A DNA stretch of 64,000 bases from a virus. The stretch lies in IMG/VR virus record IMGVR_UViG_3300042351_000809. The stretch is one strand, 5' to 3'. Under the pieces are notes generated by a model. It saw only the letters and a list, made by a program, of their open reading frames with translations, was not told where the DNA came from and did not search any database. Shown one piece after another: positions 21,001 to 29,900 of the stretch. Positions within the stretch are counted from its first letter, which is position 1. The number at the start of each line of letters is the position of its first letter. The position numbers and the translations under genes were made by a program.

Positions 21001-22449
21001 CCAAATAACCAATCTATATTTAATTTCAATGACTTAAGCGATGACAATGGTAAGGGATTTGATTCTACTCAATACAATGCTTATTTGATAGCTGTAGATT
21101 CATTCATGTTCGCTTGGCAGTTTAACTCAAATGCAGCAACAGCAAGAAATATCTTAGACTATTATTCTTCTTTCATTGATAAAGATAATAACATAGGTAA
21201 AATTTACCCTCAAATTAGTGACCCAATTGTTATAAAACAAGAATCATCTACTCCATTATCTTTCTCGTTAGAGTCTGTGTTGAAAGATGCTGATACTAGA
21301 TATCTGCATTTTACAATTAATAAGACTATACTAACTGAAAACATATTTGATACTAGCGTAAATACTCTCCCTTCGCCAGCTTATGCAATTTCTAGAAAGA
21401 GCGTAATTTATAAGCCTACTACAAACGCAAACTTAGCAGCAGGAGCTAAAGATGATAGAGTATTATCTTCAGATCCAGACGACACTATGGCTTATTATAA
21501 ACTCTCTTTACAAAATAGAGACAATATACCAAATGCGTCATTATCACCGAAAATACCCACTGGCAAGAGAGCTTATGTTTTAAATGGTAATAAAATTTTT
21601 ACAAGAGCTTTAGTTGCTGACGCGAACGCTACTTCTTTAAGAGCAGTAGAATCAGAAACAGCCAATGGCTTTAAGTCTAAAGCTAAAATAACCAATAGCT
21701 CTTTTGGCGAAGGAAACGAAGAGTTTTTTGACATCTCTATAACAAGATTAACTAACAGCACGTTTACTGGAAATATAAAGAGTTTAATTCCTGATTATAC
21801 AAATACTTATCTAATTCCTATAAATGCCTCAAATTCGAATACTGAAGAAAATGCGAAAAGCAATTTTAATAGTTTATTAAATGACGGATTGCTCAATTCA
21901 TCTTTTAATGCTGTAAACGTTACTCCTGAAAATAATTTTTCTGAACTTGGAGTCAATACTAAAAATGTTCAAATGCTGATAAATGCAGAACCAAACAATT
22001 TCACTGTTTATACTATAAATCAGCAAACAGCTAATTCGTTTAATTTTGGTATAGCAAATTCTTCTTTCTATGCTGGAGTTCCAGTATTAGAAAATGAATC
22101 TTTGTCTATTTTCTTTACAATTGGAAACGTTAACAAGACAAAAGCTATAAAGGTATATTGCTTTATTGGAGAAGATTTTGTGGCTAGTGAAGTAGATAAA
22201 ACACAAATAATACCGGGAGACGATAACGTAATTAGGGTTACATTAAAAAATGTTCCTTATGCAAATTATTACACCAACGCTTCTTCTTATTCTGCTAATG
22301 CATCAATAACTAATCCAACTTTCTGGAAATTCAAGAGTGCCAAAAATTTAGCCTTCGCACATTTGTCCGCAAGATCTAACGGTAGATTATTTCCATTATA
22401 CAATTTCCATATCCAAGCACTAGAACTATCAATAGTAATAACTTACTAA
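15085..22449 (+). CDS. Central tail fibre / host specificity protein J (lambda gpJ-like) with a ~760-aa insertion
   Basis: LSEGPIGGL, IPERSY...VPANYDP, WDGEFK...DNPAWCFYDLLTNKRYG, YCDELVSDGFGGVEPRFTCN, FGCTSRGQAQRLGRW. Confidence 0.9.
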   Translation: MNNLEDFKYIKGFGGGGASTAPAPTAAFEDAEGFVYDGLTYNVYQFAKVKDLLSEGPIGGLLEGQYSFSGQVGDLGFKKVTYNEYPSVVGSDGESKYLRSVQWNQTPLLDSQDKYNFQQINIQTTNGTPEGTSSGGEFDNVSYIRSIGERLRGPNLLASTEDEALDYQRTYRILNRECKKISLNFRISSLYVSLKYQDLKPISEGTLKIEGVTSANQSSSTFTLDPTSRDVELTNGKTLDAGVGSVIRHNFKIRIRISPIYKEGYNSNSAVLDLISDKAKVIDDSKDLTVTVDTFPQIFELESKGKITQGYSKQIIFDTSSKFLSLSENENWLGWDISVLKITPEDTYSSRASFINLESITEIYSSSFRYTNSAIVTSKFNAAYFSKIPERSYDVKLLKVKVPANYDPITKTYGNTTPLSITATNSFAKTDKVITTDFFIGENNVYTNSDNVNPPITDGLIAQFDASNASLTASTGSVTNWPNTVAGSTIKCVLGNGTYASPNGSANKPTYGSTYSEQSPNGTYGVSFTTTQKARFVYQTETSPLADASNNYTVFAVCKWHDSATNTERNRIISSYSLENTFVLGFDGKFNNAFTVGSQIYGVMPVNFYQFNRSNYWNDANDTNTYIVGTSVSNLKDVNIFWQNTNYFVRPINAVAAPKGLAINSSASTSRCTVFEILVYNKALSKSDGIKIRNWLNKKWNLISSNLSYSTSVAGSYNTNVLNVASNTYLKMPLKTLCANGQRTKAYSYAGGSLATSDYYEFDLMPQRYWKNWKTPQNFSLKDQGFCSFYCDFFIKLGSIGDGNYTLIHRSNQFNLSMTISGENVSLILTVISPNESKNYTITKALDPAKYSTTKLKENFTRISFYILPKVVKPSISYTTNASRVNNINISDRTWTNDYITVRRATADGNEKALAQELKDFYLVKAVSFKEDTSYSSDINNLPETCYKYIYCNFNSATQQTGGRSSTFVPVIERRLTKEYFPDILNAEIDVLVNLEKQIQCNINISNYAAYQTLCVGALYRPATDPVWQNEINQRAQIAPLAQEALNTYNKQEYHKTFDGSSTSVSLSSSQSEVKVLIPLAAGQIYDAVNTKTGPFIPSYFITNNNQIEIFTSPAGFGGKIEGYADSIRVNQIDFDRLSLSKAFARNLFSEGLSRKTTVYDVVGVLPYSTSNDYWDGEFKTEKEWTDNPAWCFYDLLTNKRYGVGNYVTENDVDKWSLYQIAKYCDELVSDGFGGVEPRFTCNVYLQTQDDALKVLSDMASVFRGMFYYSNGFIYAINDMPEDTPIYSFTNSNVSDGNFTYESTSLKDRNSVVYIRYIDKNNFYKPAVEYVENIEAVRKFGFKETELTAFGCTSRGQAQRLGRWLLASEYNETETVSFEAGPECVYLKPGDVIKVYDYNRKYKTVGGRLNNINISGDTNVTTGILTLDRKLDFNFSGNQNYKLTILSPKYNLDPSFKDAAGNSIVTSNLDYNDYRKPLTNSFIVGSGNLITGQYYDSIRITGLAPVMASGLNVTGLSYFTGASGMSPKSITWALENSGNLNGSTDSDYDFYRVFRIQESTEGTNYTVIGSQMYHLKYAQIESGLNITPAKPPAPEASAPSRALFTLGVAEANGVIDQSKVLIEIFYDSSIKDTTIGFKIFNKAFYGSDFNPNSSSDFKFVPIDIYESYVNTVLDKSNIKGSIRIYGANINNSSPLTYVEASNSQNSNELFVSPVVAITYDDVNINSSITLNNKVYGFTSPIDLTKAQYFQSTTPSQIQSIKAPESLSFNIPLQFIKNPNKFNNLDYPYRIAIIPEKVDTKDAFGTVYNKYLNVSNWEDYLTFDEDQTSDNIYNYKTSNVFAKYRNFSLAIDKMTFTDVGMKSTSNDFKNVDGFLLVTYDNQDADLKTSLNAILKDTRATYSIVTSQGSNRLKFTIQQDTASSFINAFYLLLIPSENIFEFGKNSINHNPDGSPLSVNDNTGKEIVDSHFITIPNNQSIFNFNDLSDDNGKGFDSTQYNAYLIAVDSFMFAWQFNSNAATARNILDYYSSFIDKDNNIGKIYPQISDPIVIKQESSTPLSFSLESVLKDADTRYLHFTINKTILTENIFDTSVNTLPSPAYAISRKSVIYKPTTNANLAAGAKDDRVLSSDPDDTMAYYKLSLQNRDNIPNASLSPKIPTGKRAYVLNGNKIFTRALVADANATSLRAVESETANGFKSKAKITNSSFGEGNEEFFDISITRLTNSTFTGNIKSLIPDYTNTYLIPINASNSNTEENAKSNFNSLLNDGLLNSSFNAVNVTPENNFSELGVNTKNVQMLINAEPNNFTVYTINQQTANSFNFGIANSSFYAGVPVLENESLSIFFTIGNVNKTKAIKVYCFIGEDFVASEVDKTQIIPGDDNVIRVTLKNVPYANYYTNASSYSANASITNPTFWKFKSAKNLAFAHLSARSNGRLFPLYNFHIQALELSIVITY

Positions 22450-22450
22450 A

Positions 22451-23149
22451 ATGAAACACTATATCGTATATTTTATAAATGGCAGTCATAAATATCTCCA
22501 ATCTTCTCTCGACTTGATGGAAAATTTAGATCGCCTAAAGCTTGTAGGAATAGAGTATGAAGTTGTAGACTATATTGTACCTTTAGAAAAGCACATTGAC
22601 CAAAGCATATTAGAGCATAGAAAATTCCTTCCTGATGGAAACTCTATATGGAAAAAAGAAAATCTCATCGATAAAAAAGTTAAAGAAATGACTGCAAAAA
22701 GAAATGCTTTATTGCAGAAGCTTGATATTGACTTCATTATCTCTCTAGAGACCCCCAACAATAAACAAACAGAAGTCATTAAAAATAACAAAAAGTTTCT
22801 AAGAGAACTCTCTTGTAGAACTGAAATGCAACACATTCATGATTGCGAAAAGATAAACAAGTTTAACGCCTTTTGTAATATTATTGATATACAAATTATT
22901 GACCCCGGATATGGATGCTCAGAACCAGTTCCTTGCGTCACCATCTCTCCTCCTGAAGAAACCGAATACAACTACGGCTTAACCGCTTCTGCTCATGCTG
23001 TTAGAGGCTCAAAAGGAGAATTGCTTTCTTTAACAATGGAGAAATTAGGTTGTGGTTATATTTCAGATCCAGAGATTAAAATAAGCGGATATGAGTCAGA
23101 AAGCGCAAAACATCCTATTGTAAAAGCAGTGATTGGCAATATAATGTAA
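22451..23149 (+). CDS. Tail-associated protein: fibre-assembly-chaperone-like N-terminal part plus GxGY-repeat beta domain
   Basis: KRNALLQKLD...KKFLREL pattern; IIDPGYGC and LGCGYISDP repeats; directly after gpJ. Confidence 0.4.
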   Translation: MKHYIVYFINGSHKYLQSSLDLMENLDRLKLVGIEYEVVDYIVPLEKHIDQSILEHRKFLPDGNSIWKKENLIDKKVKEMTAKRNALLQKLDIDFIISLETPNNKQTEVIKNNKKFLRELSCRTEMQHIHDCEKINKFNAFCNIIDIQIIDPGYGCSEPVPCVTISPPEETEYNYGLTASAHAVRGSKGELLSLTMEKLGCGYISDPEIKISGYESESAKHPIVKAVIGNIM

Positions 23150-23152
23150 CAT

Positions 23153-23980
23153 ATGACGGATGTATTATTTTCTTTTGGCGACGAATACATATATTCTAAC
23201 AACCTAGCAAACTGGTCCACAATAGAACCCAGTAAAGAAATAGAAATTATTGGCAACCCAGAGAAGTTCTCCGTTGTGCGAACTGCTGTCATTAATTACA
23301 GCAAGCCTTTTACTGTAGAGTCAAATTCTTTAATTAAATTTAGCGGTACAATTAAAGATCTAATTTTAGATGGAGATACTATTGATTGTTATTTTACTCT
23401 TTACTATGCTGCATTAATTAATGATATTACTGAATCTGGATCTGGATATAAAGTAAATGAATATGTAACTATTGGTAAAAATTCTTACTTTGAATCGTCT
23501 ATAGATAAAAACCAAAAAGCTGTCCTTCAAATTAAAGCTGTCAATAGTGATGGTGGTATTACTGAACTCCATTTAATTAACAATGGAAAATTTACTCAAA
23601 ATTTTACTGAAGCAGAATTAGAAGGCGGATCTGGTAAAGGCGCAAAAGTAAGCTTGATTTTGGGCAAAGACAACAAGAAGGCTCTCAAGTTTTTTTCTGT
23701 ATTAGACGTAAAGCGAGAAAACGCTTCTACTCTTGTAATGTTAAATGAAAAGATTAAAGACGACTTCCTTACAGGAGAAGTCTATATAAAACGATACCGC
23801 ATTACATTAAATAAGGCTACGGGTAAAGAATACTTGAATCAAGCATTTATTGTAAAGGTAGAGAAAACTCCTTTCCTTAATCTACCATTAGCCAAAGACA
23901 ATAATATAGAGCAAATCTATAATCAGGCTATACTAACTATAGACTCTAAGATTAAAGAATTATCTGCTGGCGTAAAGTAA
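23153..23980 (+). CDS. Hypothetical structural protein with GSGY-type beta repeat
   Basis: ITESGSGY...DGGITELHLINNG...GGSGKGA; last gene of the tail-tip block, overlapping the TMP end convergently. Confidence 0.4.
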   Translation: MTDVLFSFGDEYIYSNNLANWSTIEPSKEIEIIGNPEKFSVVRTAVINYSKPFTVESNSLIKFSGTIKDLILDGDTIDCYFTLYYAALINDITESGSGYKVNEYVTIGKNSYFESSIDKNQKAVLQIKAVNSDGGITELHLINNGKFTQNFTEAELEGGSGKGAKVSLILGKDNKKALKFFSVLDVKRENASTLVMLNEKIKDDFLTGEVYIKRYRITLNKATGKEYLNQAFIVKVEKTPFLNLPLAKDNNIEQIYNQAILTIDSKIKELSAGVK

Positions 23981-26900
23981 TCCTCCGGGTCTCTTCTGCT
24001 CGACCAATACTTCAACGACTTTGCTTCTGAGCAGTTCAGCAAGTTTAGCATTGTTTTGAATATTGTTCTGATCTTTGTTTGTATTAGAGCCGCCATTTTG
24101 AGTGGTAGCATTAGCTTCAGAAGTGACTTCGCCAGTCTGAGCAACATTAATTGAAATGTTATTAACTACAGACATTCCAGATTCTTGATTTGCTCCAGCA
24201 GCAGAAATTTTACCTGACTCAGCTTGGGTGATGTCATTGCCCTTGGAAAGGTTTTCATTCAATGTATTAAGAGCAGCGACTAGTTCGGTCACGCTAGATT
24301 CAGGCGTATTTTGACCTGCTGTATAGCTTGTGCCAACCATTCCGCCACTGGCATACTTAGGCAATGTGCCAGTATTTAATTGATTCATGAAGTCTCTGCC
24401 GTACATATCTACAGCTTTCTTGTTCATGACATATTCACCACCCATTAATAAAGCAGGAATATTATCTTTGCCTGTTGATCCACCACCAGCAAATCTAGCT
24501 ATATAGCCGCCATTTGATCTAAGATTTCTTGCATATTGAGCATTTAATTGAGCTTGAGTTAAGTTACCTCCGGGTTCTAGACCTCTTGCAGCAGACGCTG
24601 CTGCACTAGTTCTCATATTAGCTGCTCCGACTGTAAGACCAGCAGCACCCAATTGAACAGCAGCAGCAGTTAGACCTGAATAGAAAGTGCTATTTACTTG
24701 ATTTTTATAATTTTTAATAGCTTGTTGTTTGTCTTTCTCATACTGCGATCTGTCTTGCAAGTATTGATCAAGTTTTTCATAGCGATCTTGTCTTAGTCTA
24801 TTTTGAGGATTATTCTCGTCAGTTAAAGCTGCGGCTGATAGTCTAGAATCAACAGCAAACTCTCCAGAAGTTGGACGATCAGGATTGTCATATAAGAACT
24901 CATTTTGCAATGGCCCCATTGAGAACCCGCCTACTGCATATTTGGGAACAAGTCCGCCATTCAAGGCTCTTAAATAATCAGAACCGTATTTTTTAACAGA
25001 AGACTTTTTGATGACGAACTCACCGCCACTCATCATAGCAGGTACATCATCTTTCATTCCAGAGCCGCCAACGACCATACCTCCAGAATTATAGCCCCTG
25101 ATTAAGCCACCGTCTTTTCTGCCAGTTGCAGCAGCTTTGCCAAAAGCGAATAAAGCATCAACTCCCATCTCTAAAGACTTATCAAGCATTCTATTCAAGA
25201 TGCCTTGGAACATATCTCTAAATGCATCCTTAAGTGTCTTAGTTCCTTTGATGGCTTCACCAAATGCACTAGCAATTCCTGATTTAAAATCAGTTTGAAA
25301 AGTATCAATTAATTGACCAGTATCTCTGGCAAAATCAGCTCTATTATAAGTAGTATTCTTTTCAGTAATACCTCCAAAATCAATATTACCAAGTCGAGCT
25401 TGATCTTCTATGCGCCTATTCATTACGGCGGCTCTTTCTTCTTTAAAGAATGTGTTGCTATAAGCTGAATCGTAGAATCTCTTTACTTCTTCATTAGTCT
25501 TTTTTAAGCGTTCGGTTATTTTTTCTCTCTCATCAGCTATTTGCATTTCTAATAACAATTGATCAGCAAGATCTTTGTCGCCTTCTCCATAAATTCTATT
25601 AATCTCTTCTATCTTTTTATTCTTTTGAATTTGAATGTTTTCTTGCGTTTTAGCTAAAGCTTTTTCAGCATCAATTAAGCTTTGAGGCTTTATAGGCGTG
25701 ATTGAAGAGGTATTTTTATTCGAAGCATTAAATTCATAAAATCTAAAACCGGAAGCAGCGGCAGGAGCATTAGTCTTATTAGAAATATTAAGGGCGGTAG
25801 ATGTTTGAGATTGATAAAGCTTGGCCAAAATAGAGTTTAAATTCTCAAGAGGTATATTTATCTTAGAAGCCAACCTTTCTCTACCCGTCTGTTCAGCTTG
25901 ACTAAAAGGCCCAGTATCATTTGCGCCTAATGGTAAACCTGAGCCACTAGGGCTATAGCCTCCAAAAAGAATATCTGGATTTACCATTTGTGACTTTATC
26001 TCTGTCAAAGCTTTTTCTCTTTCAATAACCGAAGCAATTGGTAATAAATTCCTAATCTCTTTTTCTAATTCTACTCTATTTTGAGTGGCAACTATTTCTT
26101 TTAATGCTGCGCTTAGTGAAGAATTCAATGCATCTAATTTTGCGCCTACTTGTTGAGTAGTTATTCTTTCGAAATTTGCATTAATATCAGGAGCTTGTTT
26201 GGCTAAAATCTCTGTTTGAGTTTTTGCTAATTCATTTGCATACTTACTTTCTTGAGCTAATAAATCAAAATAAGTACCAATATTCTCCAGCTTTAACTGA
26301 GAGGTTACTTGGTCGATTGCTATACTTACCGCATCTTCATTTAACTTATTAAAAGCTTCATCTAAAGCTCCACCAGCTTGAATACCTGTTCCTGTTTGAG
26401 ATATTAAACTAATGTTCGTTAGTTTTCTAAGTCTTTCATTTTCTTTTCTAATTTGTCCTGCCCTTGCAGATATAGAAGCATTTTCTAAAGGAGCTAATTC
26501 TGCGCCGACTCCTCCACCTCTAATTCCATATTGATTAGAAAGAGTATCTAGTAATTTAAAGAAACCTGATCCTGTTTCTATTGGATTTCCAACCCTAACA
26601 TTTTGCCCTAAGCTAGAAGTCAATTCAGTTAATTTATCAAACAAATCAGAAACTCCAACTTGACCAGTGCTTCCTAAAGATGCTGCGCCACCAGCTAAAG
26701 AAATCTTTTCGTTTAACTGTAAAGATCTTCTTTGATAATCAGAATTTATCTTTTGAATAGCTAAATCAAATTTTCCTTGCTCAGTAATTTTAGTTAATTC
26801 ATTTAGAACTCCTTCAAAAGTATTTTGTAGCTCTCCTGCGATTAATTCAGCTTCTGGTTTTTTGAAAAGACCTGTCTCAGAAATTCCTTGAATTAGTTTA

Positions 26901-29900
26901 TTTTTTACTTCTTCTATATTGCCGCCAGAACTTAATTCCTTTAGAGAAGTCGAGATAAGAGGCGAAATACCTTGTATATTTTTATTGAAAGTATTTAATT
27001 CTTTTGTGATATCATCTGGGCCTTTTGATGTATCTGTTATTGCTGGCAAAGCTTTTGATCTTATATCTTCGGCCTTCTTTGTAATAACATCTGTTAAAGA
27101 AGACAAACCTTTATCTAAAGCATTTCTTACTTCAGAATTTTGCTTATTTTGTATTTCAGTAATTGCTAAATTAGCTTCTTGTTCTGCCCTTCCTCTTTCG
27201 CTCATAAAAGGAGAAGCCAAACTTAAAGCACCTCTTACTCTTGCAGTAGCTAATTGCACAGAGCCTTCTGCCTGTATCTTATTTAAATCTCTAAGAGTAG
27301 ATGCTCTATTTTTCTCAGCTTCAATCTGAGAAGAAAGAGATAGATTTAAACTTTCATAAGCTTGATTTAAATCTTTTATTGTCTCTGCATTTTTTCTTGC
27401 TATTTCAATATTTTGTTTCTGAACTGCCAAAAGGTTATCTGAAGCTTGCTTTGAACTAAAAATACCTTTTCCAAATTCGTCAATTGCATCAAATAAAGCA
27501 TTTACGTTTTCAGGACTAATTTTCTTAGAAACCTCTTCGAATTTAGCAGCTAACTCTGGTCCGAAAATTCCTTTAGCCTCTAATTGAGATCTTATTCCTT
27601 TTAAAGCTTGCTCATTAATGACTGTTTGAGTCACCATCCTTGGGGCTGATTCTAAGTCTATGCTTTCGGGGCTACTAGTGTAATCTACATAGTTACTAGT
27701 TTTAAAAACTTGGCTTCTTAGACCGCTAACAAAACTTCCGAATTCTCCTGCGCCACCCTTAAAGCCAGAGAGAATATTTTGAGGGTTTACAGATTGAGTA
27801 AATAATCTAGACAACTGCTCTTGATCAGATTTCTTCAAAGTACTTCCAGCAAAAAAGCCCGTCTTATCATTTACTAACTGAGTAATTGCCAATTGTCTTT
27901 CTAAATTCTTTTGAGAATCTGCCATTTCTTTATTAACCTTAGCAATCGCTTCAGATACCTTGCCAATATCTGTTCCTGCGGCCAAAATCTTAGCTCTGAA
28001 TTCTTCTGGAATTGAAGCAAGAGAATCAGTAATGCTTGTTTGGAATTTTAATAAAGCTTGAGGTTGAGTTTTAGGATCATTCAAAGCGTTTTGCAAATTC
28101 TCTAAAGAAGTTGCATAGGTTTGCGATGCTCCAGAAAATTTAGAAGAAGACTCCTTAACTCTATCCAAACTTGTAGAAATATCAAAAATAGCTTGTTCAG
28201 CTTTTGAATCTACTATTTTTTTAGAAGCAACTCCAATTCCAACCAAAGCACCAGCAGCAAGACCAATTGGCCCAAATGCAGCACCTAAACCCGCATATTG
28301 ACCGACATCTGCAATACCTGAAAGCGCCGCTCTACCTGTTTTATTTGATTCTGGAACAAATTGTTCTGCAATATTAGCTACCCCTGCAATTGCTAATCCA
28401 GCACCAGTACCAGAAGTCCTAATCAAGGAATTTAATCTCCCTCCCTCTCTTAAACTTAAAGGATTAAGATAACCTGCTGACGCAATTCTTTGCTCTCTGG
28501 AAGCTCTTGAAGCTATAGCTCTTTGTTCTTCTACTCTGGCTCTTATGCTTTCAAATTCTGCAATTTGTTTTGGATTGGCAAATCTTCCTCCAGTAGTTCT
28601 AAGCCTTCCAGTAACATTTAAATCAGCATCTATATTAGAGAAACTAAACTTCGATTGAGCCTCTTTTCTTAGTTTCTTAATAGAGTTTGCGCTTTCAGCA
28701 ACCTCAGTTCTCTTGTTCTTTATTAGGTTTTGACTTTGAGCATTTATCTCTTTAAAGCTTCCAGCTAAAGATTTTAATTGCCCTCCTAAAGCTATAAGTG
28801 AAAATGTTACCATTGAAATATCAAACTTATCAGCAAAATTAGGAATAAAACCCTCTGCCATCCCTTTAGTTTGAGGATTAACTCCAGCTTTCCTTGCCAA
28901 AGAAATTCCATTTTCTAGAGTCCCTTCGGTTGTGTTATAAACTCCTAGGCCAATTGGATTAAATGATGATTTTAATTGACCACTTTGTCCTACTCTAATT
29001 TGAGAAGCAGAATAACCTGCCGCCATTTCGTTATTTATTGCATTTGATAAAGCATTAAAATTAGGAATAAAGCCAAGAGCCTTTTTGCTACCGGGAGCAA
29101 TACTTTTAACGATTTCTGTGACTTTAGCTCCAGAAGCTTTTAGTTTAGAAGCTTCGGCTGCGATATCTACTGAACCAGCTTTTGCTCTTGCCTCATCTTC
29201 AAATATTTTAATAAATCCTCCAAATTCAGATTCAATCTTTTTTACAAAACTAGCTTCACTATAGTCATCGTATCTGAGTTTGTAGTCTCCTAATGGACTA
29301 GTAAATCCGGGAAATAAATCACGAAGTTTAGCAATATTTTCTCCTCTTCTAATGTCAAAATCTCCTCTAGCTTGACCTTGTGGCTCTCTAACATAATCTC
29401 TTGAAAGATTAACTCCAGCTTCAAATATTTTTCCTGCAAATTGTGCTGCTGGATTTTGAACGGCATTAAGATATTTTTTTCTTGATTCTTCAGTAGCCTT
29501 TTGTCCTCCGGGTAAACTATTGGCAAATTCACTTAATAATTGATTAGCGAAAGAATCAGATCTTGATCTTAAATCTACTTGAGAATTTTGCAAAGCTTCT
29601 TTGCTAAGATTAACAACTTTAAAAGCAATAGGAACATTTCCAGCACCTCTTCCTCTTTGTACTATTTTCCCAGACATTTCTGGGCTTTCTAAAGTTAACA
29701 TGTCTGCCTGAGCCATATATGGAGGCAGTTGAGTGACCTGTCTTCCTACTTCTCTTTCTAAAGCAGCTTGTTTTGGTAACCAGTCTGGTTTTTTAGAAAT
29801 TCTTCTAATTTCTTCAATAGGAACTCCGCTATCATAAGCTCCATTTAAAGTAGCATTAGTCCATTTACCGCCAAGAGTACCATCTGGATTTAATACAGCA

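Noticed and set aside
11133-23980. Invertase-driven shufflon for the tail-tip block
   Set aside because: No inverted repeats at the borders and no site-specific recombinase in the window.
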